Origin: Antedon mediterranea | Lineage: Eukaryota > Animalia > Echinodermata | Reading direction: 5' to 3' | Assembly (NCBI RefSeq): GCF_964355755.1 | Contig: NC_092670.1 | Span: 36,506,388 to 36,570,387 of the forward strand | DNA: 64,000 nt | Shown: positions 52,874-64,000 of the stretch, piece by piece | Position numbering within the stretch: the first letter of the stretch is position 1 | How the letters are laid out: each line of letters opens with the position of its first letter | Program-made: the position numbers and the translations under genes | The notes under the pieces: generated by a model | The model's input: only the letters and a program-made list of their open reading frames with translations | Databases searched by the model: none | What the model was told of the DNA's origin: nothing

Positions 52874-53438
52874 CTGTGGAATCTTGTTTCTCTCCTTTAA
52901 TTTTAGTAGAAAGAAATCAGCATTTTTTATACTATTATCTGCTTGTTCATCCTCTAGTTAGTAGGCCTTCTTGCTGAGCATCAACAAGATAATTAATATT
53001 AAACAATCATTAACAGTATAACAATACTAGAATTATCACTACTACTATCGTCAGTTGATAAATCATCCCCGTTATAATAGTTTTTTTCTTCATTAACTTC
53101 GTCAGTCTCCTAGTCTAGGCCTAGTTCTACTTCATCCTCAATTGGCATCCTCGTTTTCTCCAGGCATACTTATATACTGATGTTTCCATCGTCAACTGCA
53201 GGAGGTTGCCGATTGTTATACTCGTCCTTAAAATGGCGTCTTATGACATGCTTGTAAAACGAATTGTAAATTCCAAAGCTTGCCGGGCAGCGAACCACCA
53301 ATTCCACATGTTACTCGAAAATTCGGAGTATTTCCATGAATTGAATTATAGTGCCTTAGCAAATAGGGTAGCAAATACTGTACCTACTTCAGTTTACTGG
53401 CACCAACTTATCGCTTTTTTTCGGACTGCAACAAACAT
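52874..53438 (-). pseudogene. Decayed first exon of a CACTA/EnSpm-type transposase with C2H2-like zinc fingers
   Basis: Minus strand: YLLRHYNSIHGNTPNFRVTCGIGG[frameshift]CPASFGIYNSFYKHVIRRH, an acidic linker (EDEVELG..ETDEVNEEKNYYNGDDLSTDDSSSD), then KNADFFLLKLKERNKIPQ|GTAAG donor. Contains stops and frameshifts; the start is uncertain. Confidence 0.75.
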
Positions 53439-53783
53439 GTGTCATTATTATTGTCTGTCGTATTACCTATTACTGTTGGTCCAGACGTTTTATAGATTTG
53501 CTTTAACCACCTTGGAGGTTTATACCTCCATGCTTTAACGTTGAGCAGTATAATGACCCGCTGAATGACCGTATACATTCTGGGTAAAAGGCCAGCGATA
53601 AATTTTTGGTTATAGTTGAAAAACAACACTGTGTGTGGTCGATGACCTAGCTCCCGGCGGGATCATGGCCAACGGTTTTTTAAAGTAATCATTCAAAATC
53701 TAGAGTTTGTAAGTAAAAGACACCTTTCATCGCAATTTATATATTAAATGCTTCAATAGGCCTAGTAAGATTAGTCTAATATA

Positions 53784-55903
53784 ATGTCGAAGGAAGACGC
53801 TTTGTTGAAGATCCGAGAAATAGATGAAGAAGTGGCCAACATTTTAACAGGTTCGTAGGCCTAATAATTATATTTTAATCTGCCAGCAGTCTAGGCCTAG
53901 CCTAGGCTCCTTCCTAGTTAGTAATACTGTAGGCCTGGAACTAGTAGGTCTAGGCTAGCCTACTATGCCTGTACTGACGGACAGGTGTATAGGTTTAGCT
54001 TAGCATTTTAGTTCAGACATTGACAGAGGGGACAAATATTGTCGGACCTATTTCAGCTAGGTATAAGGAAGGCCTAATAATAGATAATACAATTATAATG
54101 TAACAGTTATTTTGCAATGTAGCCATGAAATATCTACGAAGGATTATATTATATACACATATTCCAATGAAAAATATAATGACATTTAAAAACACTTCTT
54201 TATATTTAATTAATTGTACACACTAAGTAATCCCCGAAGTGATCACATCGATATTGAAACTTAATGTTTTTAACTCTAAATTTTTAAAAAAACATACTAA
54301 AAAAACAAACAAAAAACATACGTACTGCATAACTAAAATTGTTATATTAAATTTCTTTTTAAAAAACTGTGTTATTTACAATATCTTAAATTATTTGTTA
54401 GGTAATTGAAGAAGTTCGAAGGATACTAATTATTACTAGGCAAAGAGGAATGAAATACAAAAGAAAGCTTTTTAAAAAAGTGCTTAGCAAATTTTTCCAA
54501 AGAAGAGAATAATATAGTTTATTTTGGTATTTTAAAGAGAAACACCAGTCCTCCATCTGGTAAGTACAGTGTATGTTTTTGTACTTTTATCTATTCATAA
54601 ATATTTTTATAATGGACCAATGGTAGTGAGGAAAATACGTGTAGTACATATTGTGTACGTATTTTTAACAGCTTGGTTCGACTCAAGCTAGTGTCATGCA
54701 CTCCTCCCTTTGACAACTAAAATTAAATAAATGACTTATGAATATTAATTTTTGACATATTAATGTTCTCCTGGCCAGCCCACCCTTTCCCCTTCCTTTT
54801 ACATTGACCACCTACAAAACTGTAGGCTACATTATTAAAAATTTGAGCTACAGTATATCAAGTTTATGTCCATACATTATTCCACTCATTTAAATAAATT
54901 TATATAATATAATGTTTTCAATTTGTTATTTTTGGTTAGGTTCAAAGATAACCCATATGTTGTCAAATCTGTCAAACATATTTGTTGGGAAAAACTCATC
55001 AAAAAAAGTCTGCCGACCTTGAAGGTATTTAGTGTTTTTTAAAATTTAAAATACAAGTAACATTATGTACATTAAAAAAAAATATCTTAAAGTGTTTTTT
55101 TAAAATCAAATTTATCTTAGCTTAAAATTCGAGGTATATACTATGTTTACAATAATTTATTAAAATCAAACAATTAAACCAAATTTACATTTAATTGTAT
55201 GATTGTTATTATAAACATTGATACAGAATAAAAACATCAATCAGGATTGAGCACCGTTTTGCGTATTGTCTTCCTAAATAGTAATATTAAAAATAAATTT
55301 AGACCCTAATAATTTAACTAAAAATAATAGATACAGCCAGGCCTGTCTTTGGGATCGGTATAAACAGGGCAAAGTTTGTGATTAAAAAGTTCAAATGCAT
55401 ATTCCACCCACCCTTATGTCTTATAATGTAAAATTATTCTTACCACCGTTCTAATATTGCGTCATGTTTTTGTGTTTACCGCCCCAGATATAGGACTCTA
55501 AAACCACACCGTACCCAATTAGTTGATGATGTTACACATATTTTAAATACAGTAATAACTAAAACTATATTAATCTCTTTTCATTTTTAGGAACATGAAT
55601 AAAGATCCAGAATCCTGGTCTTCACGCCGATCAGGTAATATGCCGGTATTGCTTTTGGACACAGAAATGGCCTACATTAAAGTTTAGCAAACAATTCTAA
55701 CTACAAAGAAAGCAAAATTAGATGAGGCTCTAGTTACTCTCCTCTCCACTTTTTACCTTCTGGATTTCGATTATCCAAAATGAAAAGAAGTAGGCCTCAC
55801 TATCCTTTAACAGTTAGTGATTTGTGATGAAAACACACCTGTACACTTGACAAAGGCTGTTGAATCATCTTTAGTATACATTAATAAATTTAAAGACACC
55901 TAA
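53784..55903 (+). pseudogene. Decayed spliced accessory gene of the CACTA element (SAMD3-like C-terminus)
   Basis: Candidate exons 53784-53850 (MSKEDALLKIREIDEEVANILT|GT), 54402-54559 (VIEEVRRIL..|GTAAGT), 54940-55024 and 55591-55903 (MPVLLLDTEMAYIKV*QTILTTKKAKLDEALVTLLSTFYLLDFDYPK*KEVGLTIL*QLVICD..); AATAAA at 55999. Confidence 0.68.
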
Positions 55904-56199
55904 TAGTTTAAAGCCCAGGTGCGGGAGAAGAATTTTACGAAATTTGTATTTTACCATTTTAATGTTTTTAAGTTTTCTTTTGATGGCATTTTATTATTAA
56001 TAAAAACAAGTTTGTTTTAAAGAAGTTGTATATATTATTGTACCTAATGTCATGTAAATTGTAGTTCTTAATGAAAATAACAGTATTGTTAATATTATGT
56101 TTTATAACATTCTTAAATTTATTTGTTTAAGTAAAATATTACTTAAAATGAGTATTCATTTATCGTTCTTAAAATAAATTTTTAGTGATTTATATTTTA

Positions 56200-58045
56200 T
56201 AGAATTCTTGTTTCAAGCAATTTTTTTCCCAATATAAGTAAGAATTTACGAATTTTAATTTGATAGAATTCTTGTTTCAAGCAATACTTTTCTTAAAATA
56301 AGTAAACATTTACTGGTTTTTATTTGATAGACTTCTTGTTTACTTATTTTAAAAAAAGTTTTGCTTGAAACAAGAATTCTACAAATAAAAATCGGAATAT
56401 TCTTACTTATTTTAAGAAATATATTGCTTGAAACAAGAAAACTAAAAATATAAATCGGAACATTCTTACTTATTTTAAGAAAAATATTGCTTGAAACAAG
56501 AATTCTAAAAAATACAAACCGGAATATTCTTACTTATTTTAAGAAAAATATTGCTTGAAACAAGAATTCTACAAATAAAAATCGGAATATTCTTACTTAT
56601 TTTAAGAAATATATTGCTTGAAACAAGAATTCAAAAAATACAAATCGGAATATTCTTACTTATTTTAAGAAAAATATTGCTTGAAACAAGAATTCAAAAA
56701 ATACAAATCGGAATATTCTTACTTATTTTAAGAAAAATATTGCTTGAAACAAGAATTCAAAAAATACAAATCGGAATATTCTTACTTATTTTAAGAAATA
56801 TATTGCTTGAAACAAGAATATTAAAATTAAAAATCGGAATATTCTTACTTATTTTAAGAAAAATATTGCTTAAAACAAGAATTCTAAAAAATACAAATCG
56901 GAATATTCTTACTTATTTTAAGAAAAATATTGCTTGAAACAAGAATTCTACAAATAAAAATCGGAATATTCTTACTTATTTTAAGAAATATTTTGCTTGA
57001 AACAAGAATTCAAAAAATACAAATCGGAATATTCTTACTTATTTTAAGAAAAAAATTGCTTGAAACAAGAATTCAAAAAATACAAATCGGAATATTCTTA
57101 CTTATTTTAAGAAAAATATTGCTTGAAACAAGAATTCAAAAAATACAAATCGGAATATTCTTACTTATTTTAAGACAAATATTGCTTGAAACAAGAATTC
57201 AAAAAATAAAAATCGGAATATTCTTACTTATTTTAAGAAATATCTTGCTTGAAACAAGAATTCAAAAAAATACAAATCGGAATATTCTTACTTATTTTAA
57301 GAAATATATTGCTTGAAACAAGAATTCTATAAAATACAAATCGGATTATTCTTACTTATTTTAAGAAATATCTTGCTTGAAACAAGAATTCAAAAAAATA
57401 AAAATCGGAATATTCTTACTTATTTTAAGAAATATCTTGCTTGAAACAAGAATTCAAAAAAATACAAATCGGAATATTCTTACTTATTTTAAGAAATATA
57501 TTGCTTGAAACAAGAATTCAAAAAATACAAATCGAAATATTCTTACTTATTTTAAGAAATATCTTGCTTGAAACAAGAATTCAAAAAATACAAATCGGAA
57601 TATTCTTACTTATTTTAAGAAATATATTGCTTGAAACAAGAATTCTATAAAATACAAATCGGAATATTCTTACTTATTTTAAGAAATATATTGCTTGAAA
57701 CAAGAATTCAAAAAAATACAAATCGGAATATTCTTACTTATTTTAAGAAAAATATTGCTTGAAACAAGAATTCTATTTAAAAAAATCGATAAATTGTTAC
57801 TTATTTTAAGGCAGATACTGCTTAAAACAAGAATGAAAAAAGCAATTAAATTCTTGGTAAGAATATTGTTCTTAAAGTATTATTTCTTGGTAAGAATAAT
57901 TTTCTTGATAAGAATTTGTGTGATTCTTGTTAAGAATTTTACGATTCTTGGTAAGCCAAAAAGTATTGAAATACGGACAAGTCAAAATTTACTTGTTTCA
58001 AGAAATATTTTGCTTGAAACAAGTTTTTTTTTTCTTAAAACAAGA
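56200..58045. repeat. Right subterminal array (63-bp unit, over 20 copies)
   Basis: ttgcttgaaacaagaattcaaaaaatacaaatcggaatattcttacttattttaagaaaaata with period 63-64. Confidence 0.95.
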
Positions 58046-59924
58046 ATCAGAATTTTGCTGTGTAATTATGTAATTTAATTATGACAGAAAAAAAAATATT
58101 TCTGAGATACAACTCATTAAGTTCTCGTAACTTGGATATAAAAACTAATGTTAAACAGAACGACTGGTATGGGTTACTGCAGGATAATTGTACTGTAGGC
58201 TTCCAAAATGTATGTCCTAACGTTTTAAGGGTTTCCTATGCTTTACGCGTGTTATGTTATGTTAAGTTTGTGCTGAGAGATAGTGAATTTACTTTCAGAC
58301 AATTGCATTTCATTTTATGGCATTTTGTCACAAAAAACGCCTCATACGCGCGATTACATCCCGCGTTGTGGATTTTGCTGGATGTGATAGTTCGAGGAGG
58401 AATCAATCAAATGTCTGATTCGGCGTAGTCTTCTGTAAATACATCTACTTCAAAAAGCATAATATTTCAATAAATGTAGTCTGTAGTACTCAATGACGTC
58501 ACACGGAATCGTGTATTGCATCCTAGACTTCATTATTGGCGATTCGTGTACTAAGCATTCGAGATTGCCCGGAATAACGATCCTACTTCAGTATATAATT
58601 ACAACGTGAGAGGATCATTATCTTCGACAACGTTAGCAAAATAACGATACATATTCGACTCCGTGTCATTCAACAGGCATATGAGCAGCAACAAACCGAA
58701 ATTCAAAATTTGCATACAAAAATAGTTTTGAAGAGAAATGATATTTCACTACATATTTCTCTATTTTATAAAAAAGGTAATTATTTGTGAAGAGCTATTT
58801 AGGCTATGACGTCACATATCGCGTTGCACTGATTGAGTTTAGTCGTCAGTGACTGCCTGCTGTATCGTATTAAACTATATTATTTCTTAATTCATACCCA
58901 TACTCATGCGCACTACACTAGAATACAAGTCTTAAGAAAATCGTTACAATATAGCCTTTCATTTTGTGAAACAAAATAAGATTACAGTTTTGAAAGATAA
59001 AATGTTAATTTTGGTTTAACAAATTTAAAAAATGGTCAATAAAATCAGACTTTTAATAGGCCATTTTGCAGTTTTAATGAAGTTAATCACAAGATAATCA
59101 TTTTACTTATAAAAAGACACAAAAAAAAACCCCAAAACCGGAGGACAATATAATTATCTTTAATCATTTCTGTTGAAAAAAAAAACCAATTCTGGGAGGA
59201 CGGGTCATTTATGCGATAACCAATAAGAAAAAAGTGCGTTACATAAAATTCAGTTCAATTCAACGGTAAGATGATATGCAATGGTTCTATTCAGTCACCT
59301 AAAAATATACTTTTCTTTCACATGATCGATAAATGATTTCCGTATTTTAATAAGAAATTATTTGAAGGTAATAGGAGGGTTATAAAACAAACAATGAATG
59401 TTGAGAGTCAAAAGCTTAACAAAAATCTTCCCCGTTTAATACATAAACATCTATTATATGTTATAATATCAATGCAAGTGCGAACAATAGAGATATTGCC
59501 ATTAGAGACAAACGGCTTCAGTTTATCTTACTGTAAATGGTAATGATCAAAATTATAATATTGATGACAAGATATTGTTAATGTCATTTTAATATTTCAT
59601 AAATCAGAAAGATGTCAATGGAGATTTATAATTTCAAAAAGAGGAGGGATTATACTATGATGGCAAAGGTATGCTTTTAACTGAGTAAGTTTACATCTTT
59701 GAAACCGCAAAGAAATGAAAGAAATGAATAAAAAAAATAATCACTTTATGAAATTTAAAACCATAATAAGATAACCATACTCTACTAAATACTGATGCAG
59801 AATAAAAACGACAGAGATGGCGCTGATACAAAACGAAGACGATGTTTACGATTTATAAAAAAAATGTGTTTTTTGAAACGGCCAACTCAGTTATCGTGGC
59901 TCATTCAAAGATACCCGTCCGTAA

Positions 59925-60085
59925 AGCTCTGTGTACACTATCAAACTAGTTTGGCAAAAAAGCGTGGTGTGCCCAAATATGGTAGTGGTATGCTTAAATA
60001 TGGTAGTGATATAACATCATCATGTCTATATATGAGCACGTCACATTTGTTTGTCACATAACAGTTTGATAGTGTAGACAGAGCC
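59925..60085. mobile_element. MITE family B (PIF/Harbinger-like); other copies at about 5871-5992, 6944-7052, 19056-19173, 19719-19880, 34246-34365, 60312-60435
   Basis: TAA-agctctgtgtacactatcaaact...agtttgatagtgtagacagagcc-TAA; the interior gtgatgtgccca..atggtagtgatat..catcatcatgtcc is shared by all listed copies. Confidence 0.85.
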
Positions 60086-62835
60086 TAAGGCACCTACTAA
60101 TACTTAAAATAATTATACTTTTAAACACTTACATCATCATATTGAAACTGAGCATGGCCATTTCTTTGTGCATCACGCATTTCAAATGTACCTGAAAAAA
60201 TATAAAATATTGCAGTTACAATCTTAAAATTGTCAGAGAATAAATATAGAAGTCAAATTCTTTTATGTTTAAAATTTAAATCAATAATCTGGACACATTG
60301 GTAAAGCCTAGAGCTCTTTCTACACTATTTAAACTAGACAAAACAAGTGTGATGTGCCCAAATATGCTAGTGATATGACATCATCAAGTCCATATAAGGG
60401 CACGTCACATAAAGTTTGATAGTGTAGACAGAGCTTTAAGAGTATCAGCTCTGCAGTTATTTTTTTACAAGACAATTACAAAATACAAGAGAATATTATT
60501 CTGTGCTTGTGATGTTTTTGGAAAACTATTTTAATAATATATACAGCAAAATAAAATAGGACGAGCCCATAAAATAATAAAATAAAATAGATTTCACTGA
60601 CAGACATTTACACAAAAAATTCCATTTAATCTAAATATGTTCATATTTAGCCACCTGCTACGCAAGCATATCGATTTTTTAATAAATAAATTTGTTACTA
60701 CAAACACTGAGTCGCCTTGTCGTTGTAAAAAACAACATGACCTCATATGTATATACAGTATATATCTTTATAATTAGCTTCATGTTTCGTCATAACTAAT
60801 TAGTCAATCTATATCCAATTATTTTTTCCAACTATCTGACTTATAAAATACATTGTAATGGCAATCTGTTCGTATCGAATTAATTATTATTAAAATTATA
60901 TTAATATATATTACACACACGATGCACTTTTCAGAGAGATTTTTTTATTATTGATTTTTTTGTGTAATCTATCACACCCTGATTTTAAAGTGACGTCATA
61001 GATGATTATATTTAAAAAAATATTTTTTGTGGTTCATTATCACCTTTATTCATTAAATGTTTCATTACATAATTTCTAAAAATGTTCTACCCTTTTTAAA
61101 TTTTTTCTGTTTTTCCCCTTATTAATATCATTTATACTTTTAACCTTTAGTATCACACCAGTAGTGAACATTATTATTATTAAGATGATTATAGTACAAA
61201 CAAAATAAAACAACAATAACCACTTTTTTATAAGTACGTTTTTTTAATCAATTTTATTGCCATCTATTATTATACTTTAACTAATTGTATTTAAAAAAAT
61301 GTAAATGTGGCTTCTTTTTTAACATCAAAATAATCTTAGCCTATGTATATACTGTTTAAAAGATATGTATATTTTTAGCAATGTACCTTATAAATAAGAG
61401 AAATATATAAATGTGCATATATATATATTTTTATATTTATAACAGAGAACTATAATAAAAGTGGGACGAACCCACACAAGACAAAAAAAAGATGATTAGT
61501 TCGCATGCGAATAATCTTTATATACAATCGGTTGTATTGGTAAAACCAAAAGTTGTTGGATCTAAACAAAATTATTTATTTCAAATTTGCTGCCTTTCAA
61601 TGAATTTTTTTGTTGCATTTAATCATTTAGGCCTATTATGTTATGTTTTATAAGTGAAAACATGATTTTTTGGGTGTTTTTTTTTCTATGGAAGTGATTA
61701 ACTTTAAAATAATCTAACCAAAGTCTGTTTTAATCAATCTTCATTGTTCATGTATTTGGGGAACAATACATCTTTAATATAAAAAATAGCCACAATCTTT
61801 ATCGTAATTCGACAGTGAATGCTGTTCGTATTGAAAAAAAGGCGCGAATTAATATACATGCCAACGATTATTTGCGACAGCAATATCCGTTTATATAGAT
61901 CTAATATACTTCTTAAAGTTTTTTTAAAACTATCCATTAGCATGTTTGCCTTGCTATTAGGAGCATTGACTTAACAAACGAAGATAACTAGGACTATTTA
62001 AATAATTGATGTCCATTGAAATAATGTGTTAGTGCTTAGCAACTACAGAATAAATAATTCTCTTCGTTGATTATTTTGTTACTGTTAGGTGAGATGTAGG
62101 TTGAGTGACTTCAATCTAGCATATATGTTTCTAGTAATAAGAAACATCAAGGAGTATCAAACTAAATTGCTCGGGTTTTAAATGTTTGTGCTCAAATGGC
62201 TTTCTAACGGTGAGATGAATTACTGAAGTACAGCTTTGATTAAATTATTCATGAATTATTTATGATTTCTGTATGACACGTCGAGTAATATAAATGTCTT
62301 ACCGGGCCGCTATCCCGAATTCATGTCAGTCGATAAACTTTAACATTCACAATTCCTTAGACAACTATATTATCTTGATTAAAGTAAGTATTGAACGGGA
62401 AATATTCATATTATATCTAAGCCTAGTTGAAACTTTAGCACGCCCAGGGGTTACAAACACCTGCCTGGTATATCGTGTTTTCAAACATTGGCGGGCCGAC
62501 CTGCCAATAAACTGTAGGCCTACATTAACATGAGTATCCAGTTCTTAATAAAATATCTTCGGCTTTAATAAAACAGAAATGTTAGCATGGTTTTTGTCTC
62601 CTTTATTTTTAATAGTATAATCTCACATCAAATATCCACTAATGCAAACTTATTCTAAAATATGCCAGTCTGATATCCATGAGTTTAGTGAGATTAAGCT
62701 TCAGAAATAAAAGTGTATATTAAAAAACTAAATTGATAATGATAAAAACAGCAACTTTATATGCTTTTGTACGCGTACGTTGTCTTCTATTGGTGTGACT
62801 GATAAAATAGTTATAATGACGACAATTAACACTTA

Positions 62836-63205
62836 AGACCTATTTACACTAGGACGATAAGGATCGATGATAAATAGACAAATATACATTTTCATACATA
62901 AGACAAAAGAAATACAAAAACTTTTCATTTTAGAACTATAGAATAACCATCTATGCTTCCTTTGATGACAATTATATTTTCATGCGTCCAATCAAATAAC
63001 GTCATGGTTAGTAAGAGCAATAATATCATGACAATACAACGATTTTATTATTTTTATTTATCATGACGTCATTTCATCATATTATTTTTATCAAAGACAG
63101 CATAAATGATTATCCTATAATTCTAGAACTAATTTCTTTTTTTGATGTAAAAAAATGCATGCTTATATATTTATCGTGGATCGTTATCGTCGTGTAAATG
63201 GGCCT
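62836..63205. mobile_element. MITE family D (Harbinger-like termini)
   Basis: TTA-agacctatttacactaggacgataaggatcgatgataaata...tatttatcgtggatcgttatcgtcgtgtaaatgggcct-TTA. Confidence 0.75.
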
Positions 63206-64000
63206 TTATACATGTTATTATTGGTTTGTAGGAGTAGGCCTACTGTATGATAAGTGAATAGGCCTAATATATTTTTTGTTTAGCTTTTAGGAATGACAAT
63301 TTGATTATATAGGCCTAAAGATAACGTATCGACCATCTAGTATTTAGATAAGCAGCATAAATAGTAGGCCTATGTATTGTATTTAGGAAATGCTTTGACT
63401 GAAACTAACCCGCAACTTCGTTAAATAACCATCGCATTACTTGCCTCCAAAGTTGTATACATTTTTAGTAAGATAATGATTCACACAATCAATCGAACAA
63501 TTAAGTTTTATATACCTGGAACTATGAAACGCCATTTACAAATGTCATGTAAAATATGACAAAGAATGGCGTCTTAAACAGCACGCATTTTTCTCATGTT
63601 TAAATATTGTCGGTTTACACGCACTAAAACCCCCGAGCTTCTAATAAATACATCAAAAAGTTCTTTTAATTTGCAATAATACCGTACTTTGTCAGGCAAC
63701 TGCCGCTGGGCCTCTTAGACTCCACGAATGAGACAGTATTTCAAATGATGAATGAAATACATTATATTCACTCTGAATTCTGCGCTGAAGCCAACACGGC
63801 AATCTATACACAACTCTGATAGCTATAATGTAGTAATGATATTTTGAATAAAAATAGAAAGGAGGGTTACCATTACACAGAGGAGTGTTGTCGTAATTTA
63901 CATTACAAAACAATCAAGAAATTGAAGATAGACTACGCTGATGGCCTATTACCTAATACGATTATCAAATGACCTTCTGAATTTAACAGTAAAAAGCATT

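Larger units (their letters stand above)
50993..58062. mobile_element. EnSpm/CACTA (CMC superfamily) DNA transposon, internally deleted
   Basis: Termini CACAGCAAAATT...AATTTTGCTGTG with 2-bp TA duplication; long subterminal repeat arrays at both ends; internal transposase and accessory gene remnants. Confidence 0.88.

Noticed and set aside
53206-53538. 110-aa plus-strand ORF in the CACTA element
   Set aside because: Antisense to the decayed zinc-finger transposase exon; no motif of its own.
56551-58078. ORFs with 21-aa repeats (LETRIQKIQIGIFLLILRKIL)
   Set aside because: Artefact of the 63-bp subterminal repeat; broken by single-base indels in A runs.

Overview
AT-rich, repeat-dense animal genomic DNA, probably a marine invertebrate deuterostome (inferred from CpG-rich repeats, a Deu/Nin-type SINE and abundant TAGGCCTA/TGACGTCA octamers; the species cannot be fixed from sequence). 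It holds one clearly supported host gene: a two-exon TASK-type two-pore K+ channel (KCNK3/9/15 family, 372 aa, + strand, exons 12793-13075 and 36937-37772, 23.9-kb phase-1 intron splitting the first pore GYG). The rest is mostly mobile or repetitive DNA. This includes a 7.07-kb EnSpm/CACTA-type transposon (50993-58062) hiding two decayed, spliced, head-to-head genes missed by the ORF track (a zinc-finger transposase 5' exon and a SAMD3-like accessory gene), a 1.49-kb foldback element, a 3-kb tandem array of hairpin MITE-like monomers, several PIF/Harbinger-like MITE families, tRNA-, Deu- and 5S-derived SINEs, RTE LINE fragments and satellites. The most unusual locus is 10378-11408: a (TA)n-embedded mosaic of inverted repeats with a complete tRNA cloverleaf (anticodon ATC, T5 terminator) and a hammerhead-like motif whose predicted cleavage site coincides with the end of the inverted copy. 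Nearly all other ORF-track entries appear spurious. All calls were made by eye without database searches; boundaries of degenerate repeats are approximate.
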